Positions 17,116 to 27,162 of a DNA stretch of 64,000 nt are shown here, piece after piece. Position numbers and translations under genes: made by a program. The notes under the pieces are model-generated. The model was given only the letters and a program-made list of their open reading frames with translations. It had not been told where the DNA came from and ran no database searches. Location of the stretch: IMG/VR virus record IMGVR_UViG_3300023184_000036. One strand, written 5' to 3'. Origin of the DNA: a virus. Every line of letters begins with the position of its first letter. Positions within the stretch are counted from its first letter, which is position 1.

Positions 17116-19940
17116 TTTACAACAATACCAGCAACTGCTTGCATCCAACGAAGGTCAGCTTTTACGCTTTCTTCTGTCTTTTCTTTCTTGTCCTTTACTG
17201 CCTTCTTGAATGGTTCTTCTTTGTCACCATCCTTATCAACATCAAGGAAATCAGGCTTTGCTTTTGCTTCTTCAACTGCAGCTTCGTCAGTATATTCAAC
17301 ATCATTATGCTTCATATAATCACGTGCTGTGTCAAGATAGTCAAGTGCCTTTGTAATTTTAGCCTGAACCCATTCAGGAAGATTTTCATCATCTTGTAGG
17401 ATTGCTTCAAGTTCTTTTGCCGCATCTGCCGCACCAGCAAGGTCATTCTTTGCCATACGACCTTCTTGATCATATTCTGCCTTATCATCATCACTTGGCT
17501 CACCATCTTGTGGAATGTTGTCATCTTCTTCTTGTGCGTAGATATAGTTTTCCATCAAAGGCAAACCCGCCAATTTACGCATTTCCATTACTTCTTTACT
17601 CATTTTGGTTTCCTTTGTTTCTTTCATATCACGTTCTGGATAATAATGTCCACCAGCATCATATGCACCGTGTGGATTGGTTGAACCGTCAGCATCATAC
17701 CAGTCTTCTTTATCATCCCAACGCTTATCATCTGCATCTGCGTCTTCGTGTTCTGGTTTGTCTGCTGAACCACCTTCTTTTACTTGATAAGTTTTGCCAT
17801 CTACTTCAAACTCTTTCTTACCAGCAGCTTTAGCAGCAGCTAATGCACCACTGAACTCATTGCCTTCATTTGGTTCTTCACTAACTTGTTCACTACTTTC
17901 CATAGCTTTTTTAATCCAAGCACGTGCTTCATCTTCTGTTTTAGCATGAAATACATCACGACTTGGATTACGCTTAAGAACTATTTCATAACCACCTTTG
18001 GCATCTGGTTTAATCATATATGGAACTGGTTTTGAATCAGTCATACTTGCGGCACCAGCACCAAGACCAGCGGCAAGTGCACCAGCTGCTATTGTTTTAC
18101 CAATGCCTTCATCAGTTTCTTCTTCTTTCATATACTTATCTTTTATCTTGCCAAGTTCTTCTTGACTTGCGCCTTCACGACCTGCTTTTGCAAGTGCAGC
18201 CATACCATCTTTGCCATATTTCTTTTTACCAGTGTAATATTGAAGTCCACTTTCTTCAACTTCATCTTCACTGACAGCATCTTCACGCATACCAAGTGAC
18301 TGCATAACTTGATTTACCATAGCACTTACATCACTGGTGCCAATTTCTTGTGCGCCAACATGATCTTGTGCTACACTATGAATAGCATCTAATACTTTGT
18401 CAAGACCATGTGCACGTAGCATCTTGTTAGCAGCACCACTGTTCATAAGACGATGACTGATTGCATCTGTAATATTTTCTACACTGGCTTGTTCGCCAAT
18501 ACTCATGATTTCTTCTGCAAATGCTTCACTTTCAGTCTTTTTACCTTTAATCTTTTCTGGTTTACGTGATGTATCTTGACGATATTCACGTTCCAACTTT
18601 GGATTCTGCTTAATAAGATTAAGTTCTTTAAGATACTTTTGTGCAAGTAGAATAGCTAATTTCTTGTCACTTGTGTATTCTTTGTCATCAGCTTTTTGTC
18701 CAAATGCTTCACCTTCGCTACTCATAAGGTCACCCATAAGTGCGGCAAAGTTAGCAACATCATCACTATCAGGTGCTACAAGACGATTAGCAATATCACC
18801 AAGAATTGCAACAGCCATTGCTTTGGTGTCTGTATAATTACGGCTTGTCATCAACTTGTCAAGACCAGCATCTGCTTTTAAAAGCAATTTAAACTTTGGA
18901 TTAAGAATCTTGTTCTTAACACTGTCACTAACTTCATCAAGTTTGTTAAGTGTATTTTCACGAAGTTTCTTGTAAGCACCAGCAGCACTTGCAAGATAAT
19001 TGTCAAGATTTTCATTGTAAGTTTGCTGTGTGAACCATGCCTTTACTTCTGTAACATCATTAACTTGTTCACCAAGAAACTCTGCAAGTGCTTCAAGACT
19101 TTCATTAAATGAACGACTATTATTGCTTAAACGATTAAGATGACGCTTTAAATTTTCTTTTACAGTTTGTGCGGCACGAATAACATTATTTGCTTCTGCT
19201 GCTTCAAATGTGCGTGTGCGAGTAGCACTTGCAAAGCGTCCCAGATTACGCATTTCACTTACTGCACGACTAATAATTTGACCATTAGAATCATAAGGAT
19301 TGCCACCACGAGAAACGTGATTTGCCATTGCCTTTGCACCACTTACACTTTTAAATGGTAGTAGGAATTTTTCACCACTTTCATTTACAAGGAAAATACG
19401 ATCTACTTTTAACAGTCGGTTATTTGGATTTTCTAACATGCGTTCATTATGAACAACATGAATACAAACATTGTTAAGGTTGCCTTCACTGACTTTACCT
19501 TTACGTTGCCATAGCACACGACTTTCTTCTAATGATTCTTTCATTTTCTTTTTCTCTGGGTTGGTTTTAGCTAAAAATTCATAATCTCTGCGACTTAAAA
19601 CATCTTTACTAATATCACGAACGTCAAAATTTAACATATGTGATTTTGCATAACGACGCAATTCACGCAAGAAACGATACCAATAATCTTTGTCCTCTGG
19701 TAACATACGTTCAGTAATAGCATTATCAAAGAACACTTTCATACTGTTACCATCAATAAGACTGCATGTAACTTCGCCATAATCACGTTCACTTTGTTTA
19801 TCAACATAACGAAAATTAAAAAAACGTGCGGCTTCTGGATCAATAGTTGTAACACCATTTTCATCACCAAGTCTAATTTTTGGAAATCTATTTCTTAATT
19901 TAAAAAACAGATCATTGCTTGCATTACTTAAATCAGCCAT
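17112..19940 (-). CDS. large virion/head-associated protein with modular acidic C-terminus
   Basis: 942 aa; TAAATA upstream; follows terL; many short modules separated by Glu-rich linkers. Confidence 0.6.
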   Translation of the reverse strand: MADLSNASNDLFFKLRNRFPKIRLGDENGVTTIDPEAARFFNFRYVDKQSERDYGEVTCSLIDGNSMKVFFDNAITERMLPEDKDYWYRFLRELRRYAKSHMLNFDVRDISKDVLSRRDYEFLAKTNPEKKKMKESLEESRVLWQRKGKVSEGNLNNVCIHVVHNERMLENPNNRLLKVDRIFLVNESGEKFLLPFKSVSGAKAMANHVSRGGNPYDSNGQIISRAVSEMRNLGRFASATRTRTFEAAEANNVIRAAQTVKENLKRHLNRLSNNSRSFNESLEALAEFLGEQVNDVTEVKAWFTQQTYNENLDNYLASAAGAYKKLRENTLNKLDEVSDSVKNKILNPKFKLLLKADAGLDKLMTSRNYTDTKAMAVAILGDIANRLVAPDSDDVANFAALMGDLMSSEGEAFGQKADDKEYTSDKKLAILLAQKYLKELNLIKQNPKLEREYRQDTSRKPEKIKGKKTESEAFAEEIMSIGEQASVENITDAISHRLMNSGAANKMLRAHGLDKVLDAIHSVAQDHVGAQEIGTSDVSAMVNQVMQSLGMREDAVSEDEVEESGLQYYTGKKKYGKDGMAALAKAGREGASQEELGKIKDKYMKEEETDEGIGKTIAAGALAAGLGAGAASMTDSKPVPYMIKPDAKGGYEIVLKRNPSRDVFHAKTEDEARAWIKKAMESSEQVSEEPNEGNEFSGALAAAKAAGKKEFEVDGKTYQVKEGGSADKPEHEDADADDKRWDDKEDWYDADGSTNPHGAYDAGGHYYPERDMKETKETKMSKEVMEMRKLAGLPLMENYIYAQEEDDNIPQDGEPSDDDKAEYDQEGRMAKNDLAGAADAAKELEAILQDDENLPEWVQAKITKALDYLDTARDYMKHNDVEYTDEAAVEEAKAKPDFLDVDKDGDKEEPFKKAVKDKKEKTEESVKADLRWMQAVAGIVVK

Positions 19941-19956
19941 AAGATTATTTATGCCA

Positions 19957-21519
19957 CTATAACATTATAAACGGCATTGGTGCTATGATATCTGCACTAT
20001 CCATAGCCAACCCGTCACTGATTCTTGCATCATACATACGTAGATGTAATATCATTCTAACAGCTAATAATGTTGCCATAACAAGGTCATCAGTTTCACC
20101 AATCTTCGCTGCATAACTTACACCATGTGCAACAAATGTTTTTAATTCACTAACCAAAATCTTACTGGAAATTTTAATTTTACCTGTTTCAACCCATAGT
20201 TTAAACTTGCTACATGCCGCAATTTTGCTCTTTGGTGTGGTATTAAACCCTTTACGATACCTACGTCCACCACTGCCAGCAGGTTCACTCAAAAAACTAC
20301 CTGGTATATTTTCTTCACCAAAGTCAGCAACTGCATTAAGTGCAGCTTCGCCAATAGTATTATTTTCTATACTATAATAGATGTTACCAGGTTCATTTGT
20401 AACTTCCTTAATGTATTTGCAGATTTCTGCCATAATTGCTACTTGTTTTTGTATGATTGTTAAATTATGTTGCCATTCTGCTACTTGGCGCATAGTAGTT
20501 GCATTGAAAACTTGAATAGCGGCAGGATCACCACCTGTTCCAAGACTTGGATCAAGTGCTACAATATAGATATGGTCACGTTGTGGTTTTTCATACCAAC
20601 GCACTTGACCTTGACGTTCAATTGGGTCAATTCCATTTAAATCTAATAATATTCCTGGTGCAATAAGAGTTTCATCATAAATGACAAATTCACAGTTATG
20701 TTCACGGCGAAAACGATCTATACCTACACTAGCCATTTCACGTTCTGCCCAATCACGATCACGTTCAGGATGACGATCCCATGTAGCAAGAAAAGCACTG
20801 AATCCATTACGACCAAGTTTAGTTTCATTGCCATAAGTATCAAATTTTTTGTTTGCTTCTTTCCAAATATCAGCAAATTGATCTTCATCACTATTAGGTG
20901 TAGAAGTAATAATAGCTTTACCACCAGTTGAAAGTGTGGGACTGATTGATGTCCAAAACTCTTTTGCAATTGTAGGTCGTACAAATGCCAACTCGTCACA
21001 ATAAAGTAGCGAAATACTCATACCACGACCAGTAGTTTCTGTTGTTGTTGCACTTACAATACGTGAACCGTTATCAAATGCAATACTGCCTTTGTTATAA
21101 TCTACAACACCAGCACGAATATGATCTGGTGAGTTTTCATAAGCATAACGAATACGCTGCATAATATCTTGCGCACCAGTATATTTGTTACTTGCAACCA
21201 ATATAGTGCTATCAGGTATAAACATTGCATACCATAATAAGTAGCCCGCCGCTAGTGTGGATTTACCCATTTGGCGACCTAACATATTGATACTAAATCT
21301 ATTAGTATGATAATTTTTAAGAAGTTCTTCTTGATAGTCAAATGGTGTAAACTTTAACCTACCACGAGTAGGATGTTGAATATAGAAGAAATTGCGTAAG
21401 AAATAATCTGGTCCTGTATCTGGATCAGCACATAAACTAAACTCTACTAGTTCTTTTTTTGTTAGTTGCATACGTATATGCGGTTTACGTATAAGATTAA
21501 TTTCTGGTTGTTTTGCCAT
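19957..21519 (-). CDS. terL: terminase large subunit (T4 gp17-like)
   Basis: GRQMGKST Walker A; LYCDELAFV Walker B; ITSTPN; nuclease-domain LDPSLGTGGD and DDLVMA. Confidence 0.95.
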   Translation of the reverse strand: MAKQPEINLIRKPHIRMQLTKKELVEFSLCADPDTGPDYFLRNFFYIQHPTRGRLKFTPFDYQEELLKNYHTNRFSINMLGRQMGKSTLAAGYLLWYAMFIPDSTILVASNKYTGAQDIMQRIRYAYENSPDHIRAGVVDYNKGSIAFDNGSRIVSATTTETTGRGMSISLLYCDELAFVRPTIAKEFWTSISPTLSTGGKAIITSTPNSDEDQFADIWKEANKKFDTYGNETKLGRNGFSAFLATWDRHPERDRDWAEREMASVGIDRFRREHNCEFVIYDETLIAPGILLDLNGIDPIERQGQVRWYEKPQRDHIYIVALDPSLGTGGDPAAIQVFNATTMRQVAEWQHNLTIIQKQVAIMAEICKYIKEVTNEPGNIYYSIENNTIGEAALNAVADFGEENIPGSFLSEPAGSGGRRYRKGFNTTPKSKIAACSKFKLWVETGKIKISSKILVSELKTFVAHGVSYAAKIGETDDLVMATLLAVRMILHLRMYDARISDGLAMDSADIIAPMPFIML

Positions 21520-21593
21520 GACAAATATTTATTGACATGTTTATAGTATATTGTATTATTAAAATGTCATAAAAATACTGGTAAATAAAATAT

Positions 21594-22103
21594 ATGTCAG
21601 ACACACTGATTTTGAATGCTAATTATCAACCACTATCTTGGCTTCCGTTAAGCGTAATTCCATGGCAACAAAGCGTAAAGTTGCATTTTATGGACCGCAT
21701 CAAGATTTTGGAATATTATGATGACTGGGAAGTTCATAGTCCAAGTGTAACTATGAAAGTGCCTGCGTTGGCTATTACAAAAGACTATCATAGCTTTAAT
21801 AAAGGTATTCGTTTTAGTCGGCAAAATCTGTATATTCGTGACTTATTTCAATGTCAGTATTGTGCTGAAACTTTTGATTATCATGAATTAAACATAGATC
21901 ATGTTACTCCATTAAGCAAGGGTGGTAAAACAAATTGGGAAAACTGTGTGACAAGTTGTATTCCATGCAATAGTCGTAAGGCTAATCGTATGCGTAAACC
22001 AATTCGTGAACCATTTAAACCTGATTATTGGACATTAAGTGCTCGTCGCAAACAATACACTTATGATTTAAAACATCCAAGTTGGCGTGATTACATTAAT
22101 TAG
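21594..22103 (+). CDS. HNH endonuclease (McrA-like)
   Basis: LILNANYQPL; RD.FQCQYC; IDHV.P.SKGG.TNWEN.V.SC..CN..K. Confidence 0.9.
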   Translation: MSDTLILNANYQPLSWLPLSVIPWQQSVKLHFMDRIKILEYYDDWEVHSPSVTMKVPALAITKDYHSFNKGIRFSRQNLYIRDLFQCQYCAETFDYHELNIDHVTPLSKGGKTNWENCVTSCIPCNSRKANRMRKPIREPFKPDYWTLSARRKQYTYDLKHPSWRDYIN

Positions 22104-22482
22104 GACGGCGGGTTGGAACATATTTTGCCACTGGACTAACTTGATTTACATCACTATGTTCTGCTTTATTAGTGTAATTATGTGATTTTACTGCAGCATG
22201 ACCACTTGCTTTACTTGCACCTTGCATTGCTAACATATCACCATCACTATAAGGTGCAATAATTAATTTATCACCAAGTGCAGTTTGGTCATCATAAGCA
22301 TCTGGTTGTGGTTCGGGACTACGAGCCATAAGAATACCATAACGATACATTCTATAAAAGTTTTGACTGGCATCTGGGATTATAAAAGCACCAGGAACTT
22401 CACGTGCTTCATAATCTTTGTGGTCAGCCGCAAAGTCTTTTTCATAATCTTCTTGTTCAGTTATAAATTCTTTGGCTCTCAT
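22096..22482 (-). CDS. small virion protein, MRAxEF family (paralog of 23742 and 24098)
   Basis: N-terminal MRAKEFITE; Y.MYR...A..P; PYS; SPV. Confidence 0.65.
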   Translation of the reverse strand: MRAKEFITEQEDYEKDFAADHKDYEAREVPGAFIIPDASQNFYRMYRYGILMARSPEPQPDAYDDQTALGDKLIIAPYSDGDMLAMQGASKASGHAAVKSHNYTNKAEHSDVNQVSPVAKYVPTRRPN

Positions 22483-23572
22483 TATATCTATTTACCAAAA
22501 GTTCAGTGCATTGTTTCTTTACAAAATCATCAAAGGGAAAATTCATAAGGTGGTTAAAATTATGCTCTACTATAGGTTTTATTTTTTCTAAAACATATTC
22601 TTGTGGTAAATTTAATAACTGTTCTACGCAGTTCCATGCTTTTTCATATCGCTGTTCATTGTCTTGAACTAAATCATAAGATTCATCTATTATGCTATCA
22701 AATGTTTTAAAACCCAATTCTCGTAGTGAACGTAAAAAGTATTGCCCACTGAATATAATAAAAAGTCGCTTTCCCAAAATTGGTTTAGCAGTTTTCTCTG
22801 TTGGAAAACTTACACCATTTTTGTAACCAGTTTCTGTTACTATTGTATAAGCAGATTTATTGTATACTCCAAAAGGAATTACATGAGCAATCCATACAGG
22901 TTTATCATAATAAGTTATAGGATTACTACTCATTAGCTTTGAATAATTATTTTTATTTTCAATATACTGACTATAATCTACGTCATCATCTCTATACCAG
23001 GATTCACTTGTAATATCGTTTAGGTAGCTTGTTATAATTCTATCTTGTAAATTATTCTCGGTAATTTTTTTATAAACAAAATCTCTATGAAATCGCTGTG
23101 ATCCTAGCAGTGCATCAAATGTAAAAGGTTTAGGGGATAATGGATTTAGTTCATCTAACTTAAATTTTAAATCTTTATAGATTCTAACACATTGTTCTAA
23201 CCAACTTAAATTAGTAGAAGACTTGAGTTTAAACAATTCATGATTAATTATTCCGCCTGTCATAGCAAATATTTTTGGATTTCCCAAAACTCGTGAGTAT
23301 ATATTTTTATCACCGCAAGTATTAAATTGGTAATCATGTAATTCTTCATTCCAAATCAACAATAAATCACAGTTATTTGCCAAATCAGTGTATTCAATGA
23401 TTTTTTCTTTTATATTACGATCTATATTACTATAAAAAATACTTTCACGTTTTATTAGTATTCTAAATGATTTTGAATTTATAAATCTATCCCAATCATA
23501 ACATTGTTCATAATCAAAGGTAAAAATTTTATTGAAAAAATCTAATCCATAAACAATAATATCTAAAGTCAT
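22457..23572 (-). CDS. glycosyltransferase-like (GT10-related) phage protein
   Basis: IVTET...FPTEKTAKPI...LRELGFKTF..IIDESYD; AT-rich. Confidence 0.55.
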   Translation of the reverse strand: MTLDIIVYGLDFFNKIFTFDYEQCYDWDRFINSKSFRILIKRESIFYSNIDRNIKEKIIEYTDLANNCDLLLIWNEELHDYQFNTCGDKNIYSRVLGNPKIFAMTGGIINHELFKLKSSTNLSWLEQCVRIYKDLKFKLDELNPLSPKPFTFDALLGSQRFHRDFVYKKITENNLQDRIITSYLNDITSESWYRDDDVDYSQYIENKNNYSKLMSSNPITYYDKPVWIAHVIPFGVYNKSAYTIVTETGYKNGVSFPTEKTAKPILGKRLFIIFSGQYFLRSLRELGFKTFDSIIDESYDLVQDNEQRYEKAWNCVEQLLNLPQEYVLEKIKPIVEHNFNHLMNFPFDDFVKKQCTELLVNRYNESQRIYN

Positions 23573-23745
23573 TTTTTCTTTGGGGGTTTTTCATGAGTTA
23601 AAAATGGTCTTGCAAACCATAACTTAAACCAATCTTCTGTTCCTGGTTTTATTTTTTCACGTTTTTCACGATCATGCAAATGAGTTCCATGCTTACTTGT
23701 AGCATATCCAAGACTTTTATCATCACCAAATTCTTGATATCTCAT
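23569..23745 (-). CDS. small protein (58 aa), not in the ORF track
   Basis: manual translation MRYQEFGDDKSLGYATSKHGTHLHDREKREKIKPGTEDWFKLWFARPFLTHEKPPRKK; ATGA overlaps at both ends. Confidence 0.75.
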   Translation of the reverse strand: MRYQEFGDDKSLGYATSKHGTHLHDREKREKIKPGTEDWFKLWFARPFLTHEKPPKKK

Positions 23746-24101
23746 TTTCTTTTATATTTGCCACTATTAAAAGGCACTGGACTTGTTTTATTAATTTGAG
23801 GCATTTCGCTGCTATCTTTTGTCGTGAGTTCTTTACTTGTATATCCCATATTTTTACCAGCCTTAATAGCAATTTCTTCATCTGCTGGTGTATAACTTAT
23901 TGTAACCATATTTGGTCCTGTTGGACCATTTTTAGGCATATCATTATCGGGACAACCTGCCATTGCTACTAACATTCTATACATATCGTATGGATTACCG
24001 TTACTTAATTGAGGCCAAACACGTGCACCTGGTATACCAAATATTGCATTTTTAGGTAATTTACTATGACCAAGAGATTCTATTATTTCTTTAAATCTCA
24101 T
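23742..24101 (-). CDS. small virion protein, MRAxEF family
   Basis: MRFKEIIES; YDMYRMLVAMA; SPVPFNSG. Confidence 0.65.
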   Translation of the reverse strand: MRFKEIIESLGHSKLPKNAIFGIPGARVWPQLSNGNPYDMYRMLVAMAGCPDNDMPKNGPTGPNMVTISYTPADEEIAIKAGKNMGYTSKELTTKDSSEMPQINKTSPVPFNSGKYKRK

Positions 24102-24451
24102 TTTTTTCTCCTTGCTCCGCTATTGTGCGGAACAGGACTAACTTTGTTATTAGAATCTGGTTCACGACCTTTTTCTTTTGTAATCCAATTACTTTTATAA
24201 CCAAGACCTTTTAGTGCATTATTCAACATATCCATTTCTTGTGGACTATAAGCTGCTGCAAGTGGTTGATCACGGAAATGTTCATGCTCATGTGGTGCTT
24301 TGTGATGTGGATGTGCGGCAACAACTGTCATAAAGCGATAATAATCATAACCTGAATCCATATCAGGATATACCAAACTTGGTGGCATAGTGCTAACATG
24401 CTCACCATGCGTTTTAGCTTTACCTTCAATTACAAATTCTGCGGCTCTCAT
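24098..24451 (-). CDS. small virion protein, MRAxEF family
   Basis: MRAAEFVIEG; YDYYRFMTVVA; SPVPHNSG; TAAATA immediately upstream. Confidence 0.65.
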   Translation of the reverse strand: MRAAEFVIEGKAKTHGEHVSTMPPSLVYPDMDSGYDYYRFMTVVAAHPHHKAPHEHEHFRDQPLAAAYSPQEMDMLNNALKGLGYKSNWITKEKGREPDSNNKVSPVPHNSGARRKK

Positions 24452-24470
24452 AAAGATATTTATGAGAAAA

Positions 24471-25061
24471 TTACTTCTTTACAGGAAGTATCCAATAATT
24501 TGCAGTTTCGTTATCTCTACTGCAATCTACACCTTCAAGAAACAATTTACTACGCTTTGCATCTGTTCTCTTAAATGTGCATTCAAATGTTACACGTGCT
24601 TCTGTTGCACTTGGATTAATTGCAATAACAGTAACTTCACTTTCTGGAAGTTGGTCTGTTTCTACAAGACTTGCAACAGCATGACGTAGCTTGTAACCTT
24701 GCTCAACCATTGTTTCATTAATCTTGTTTGCTTTTGCAATATTACGAACAAAATCTTGTGTAATACCAGCAGCTTCCATTGGTGGTTGATGTAGGAATGA
24801 TTTTTGAACTTTTTCACCATCACGTTCAAATGTAAGAACAAACTCTGCCATATGTTGTGCTACACCTTCACTTAAAAGATGATGTCGGTCAAGCATGTTC
24901 CATGCTGCATTATCAAGGTATAATTTAATACTATTATCAGTATGTTCAACAACACTTGCTTGAACACTGCGTAAACTATCAATTTCAATGTTTACTATAT
25001 CACCAGTTACTGGTGCATTATTTGCTCTTTCTACTGATTTTAAGTAATCACGAAAATTCAT
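24471..25061 (-). CDS. hypothetical late protein
   Basis: 196 aa ORF in the late operon. Confidence 0.6.
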   Translation of the reverse strand: MNFRDYLKSVERANNAPVTGDIVNIEIDSLRSVQASVVEHTDNSIKLYLDNAAWNMLDRHHLLSEGVAQHMAEFVLTFERDGEKVQKSFLHQPPMEAAGITQDFVRNIAKANKINETMVEQGYKLRHAVASLVETDQLPESEVTVIAINPSATEARVTFECTFKRTDAKRSKLFLEGVDCSRDNETANYWILPVKK

Positions 25062-25070
25062 AATAATTCC

Positions 25071-25694
25071 TTAATCAAAATCTACTGCAACGTGTGTTGG
25101 ATTATCGCCACCCGCAACCTTTGGATAAGTTCCTTTAGGTCTTGCTAAATCTGTTCCACTTGGAACTGCTGCACGTGTTGGTTTTACAATTTCATGTGGA
25201 CTATTTGTATAAGGACGATTGGTAGCGTCATCCATAGTAATACTTGTTTCATCACCCATAGGATTCATTGGTAGTTGAGAACCTACTGCTGCAATAGGTG
25301 CGGCAATTGTAGCTACTGCTGGTGTATTATCAGCAGCCATAGTCATACTTGTTTCTGCATTAATCATACCAGCAAGTTTAAGAATTTGACCAAGCACAGC
25401 ATCTTCGCCACTTAAATCAATCTTAACACCTTCGGAAACTGGAATACCGTTTAGCTTTGAAACACTGCTTATAGCACGACCCACTTCTTCTGGACTACGA
25501 TTACTGATTTCACCCAACTTTGCTAAAACATCAAACATTTGTGCGCTATTTGCTGCACGTGATGCTGTAACACCTTCTCTTACTGCACCAGTGTGTGGTG
25601 TTAGTTTATTTGCATTATCAATAGCACGACCAATATCTTCGGGGCTACGGTGTGAGATTTGTTCAAGTCTCTTTAATACGTCAATCATTTCCAT
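25071..25694 (-). CDS. hypothetical late protein with an internal duplicated motif
   Basis: MIDVLKRLEQISHRSPEDIGRAI repeated as MFDVLAKLGEISNRSPEEVGRAI. Confidence 0.6.
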   Translation of the reverse strand: MEMIDVLKRLEQISHRSPEDIGRAIDNANKLTPHTGAVREGVTASRAANSAQMFDVLAKLGEISNRSPEEVGRAISSVSKLNGIPVSEGVKIDLSGEDAVLGQILKLAGMINAETSMTMAADNTPAVATIAAPIAAVGSQLPMNPMGDETSITMDDATNRPYTNSPHEIVKPTRAAVPSGTDLARPKGTYPKVAGGDNPTHVAVDFD

Positions 25695-25696
25695 AA

Positions 25697-26266
25697 TTAT
25701 GCTCTCCCCGTTCTTGGGCGTTCTGGTAATTTATTTTTTGTTGTTCCAACTGGGCTTGTGTTGGATTGTGGAATATCATTTGTAGTTTTACCTACTTCTG
25801 GCTTTACTGCAAACTGATGTTCAATAGTCTTAACTTTTAATGCATTTGCAAGGTCAGCAAGCAATTGTGGTGCTTTCTGTGTAGGAAGTGGTGTGTCAAG
25901 AATTGCACGACCTTCTGCCTCTGGAGCAATAGGTGCGGCAAGAACTTCTTGATTTGGTGTTACAACCATAATACGAGATAAAGAAATACCAGTTGCTTCA
26001 TGAATTGCTGCTTGCATTTCTAATGGACTTATTGGATAATTTACAACCATATCAATGATATAAAGATCGGTTGCCTTTAAGTGACCAAATCCTGTGTGAT
26101 CTTCACTGACTGGCAAACGCTTTGGTTCACTTATTGCTTCAAGATTCCACCGAGCAAGAACCTTTTGAAGTTTGTCTAATTCTTCTTTTGTAGGTTCCTG
26201 TGCTAATTTAGCACGGAAACCATACTTCTTTTCATGGTCTAACAAATACTGAATATAGGGTTTCAT
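25697..26266 (-). CDS. hypothetical late protein
   Basis: 189 aa, MKPYIQYL start; TAAATA at ~26285-26290. Confidence 0.6.
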   Translation of the reverse strand: MKPYIQYLLDHEKKYGFRAKLAQEPTKEELDKLQKVLARWNLEAISEPKRLPVSEDHTGFGHLKATDLYIIDMVVNYPISPLEMQAAIHEATGISLSRIMVVTPNQEVLAAPIAPEAEGRAILDTPLPTQKAPQLLADLANALKVKTIEHQFAVKPEVGKTTNDIPQSNTSPVGTTKNKLPERPRTGRA

Positions 26267-26287
26267 TTCCTAATACCTTTTAGATAT

Positions 26288-26713
26288 TTATTGTTTTCGG
26301 AAGGATTTTAGAAGTTCGTTTCTGTCGAAAACTTGTGCCTCTATAGTTTCTGGCTCATCACCCTTATCTTTACCCATATCAAACTTTAACTTCTGTGCTT
26401 TAAGGGCAAGTTCAGTTTGTTTTAGCTTCTTTTGAACTTTACCAAGTTTGGCAGTAACAGCAGTTGCCAACATTTTAGCACTTGCTTCAAATATAGGTGC
26501 ACTAAATCTAGCTTCAACATTCATACCAAGACTCTGTAGATTTTCAAAACTTTCAACTGCTTTATCAACTAATTCATCCAATTCTTTATCCATTGCATCT
26601 TCTGGTTGCTCTGGAATAGCACTTTCAAGTTGATGCGCAGTTTCGATTGCTTCTGCAACTTCTTTACTTGGTGCTGGTGGTAAGTCAAATAGTTCTTCAA
26701 GTTTTTGAGTCAT
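26288..26713 (-). CDS. putative terminase small subunit
   Basis: 141 aa helical protein (KLEELFDL...DRNELLK) next to the head-completion gene; positional and structural inference only. Confidence 0.45.
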   Translation of the reverse strand: MTQKLEELFDLPPAPSKEVAEAIETAHQLESAIPEQPEDAMDKELDELVDKAVESFENLQSLGMNVEARFSAPIFEASAKMLATAVTAKLGKVQKKLKQTELALKAQKLKFDMGKDKGDEPETIEAQVFDRNELLKSFRKQ

Positions 26714-26721
26714 ACTATAAT

Positions 26722-27162
26722 TTATCTTTTTGCTTTTTTTGTATTTGTAAACATATCATGTTCTGTTATAACTCTAAAACTTATTCCATTACGTTTACAA
26801 AATTCTTTAGCTGCTTCCCATTTTGCTTGATTTACTACTGCTTGAATTTGATTTTTTGTGGATCGACCAGCAGCTTCTAATGTAGTTTCTTTATGGGGTT
26901 TAATTTCTACTAACTCGCCTTTACGATTACCACTTGCATCTTCATAAATTATAAAAAAATCTGGAACATAACTTTTTACTTTTTTAGCTACAGGATTTTC
27001 ATATTTTATACTAATGCTTTCACTTGCCCATTGTTTTACACTTGGGTGAGTGTCTAAAAAATTCATAAATCGCAACTCCCAACTGCTGCGATATTTTATA
27101 CTACCACGACCAATATATTTTTCTGGATTTGTTGGAATGAAAAATCCTTGGCTAAACTTCAT
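26722..27162 (-). CDS. head completion protein (T4 gp4-like, TnsA-like nuclease fold)
   Basis: P.NPEKY.G...YRSSWE..FM..D....WASE...YVPDF...EIKP...NQAKWEAA...F.VITE. Confidence 0.88.
   Translation of the reverse strand: MKFSQGFFIPTNPEKYIGRGSIKYRSSWELRFMNFLDTHPSVKQWASESISIKYENPVAKKVKSYVPDFFIIYEDASGNRKGELVEIKPHKETTLEAAGRSTKNQIQAVVNQAKWEAAKEFCKRNGISFRVITEHDMFTNTKKAKR

Noticed and set aside
19957-22103. Intron or intein in the terminase associated with the HNH gene
   Set aside because: terL is uninterrupted and of normal length; the HNH gene is free-standing and divergent with its own promoter.
26722-27162. Tn7 TnsA transposase
   Set aside because: Its position among head and tail genes and its motif pattern fit the T4 gp4 head-completion protein; there are no other Tn7 genes.
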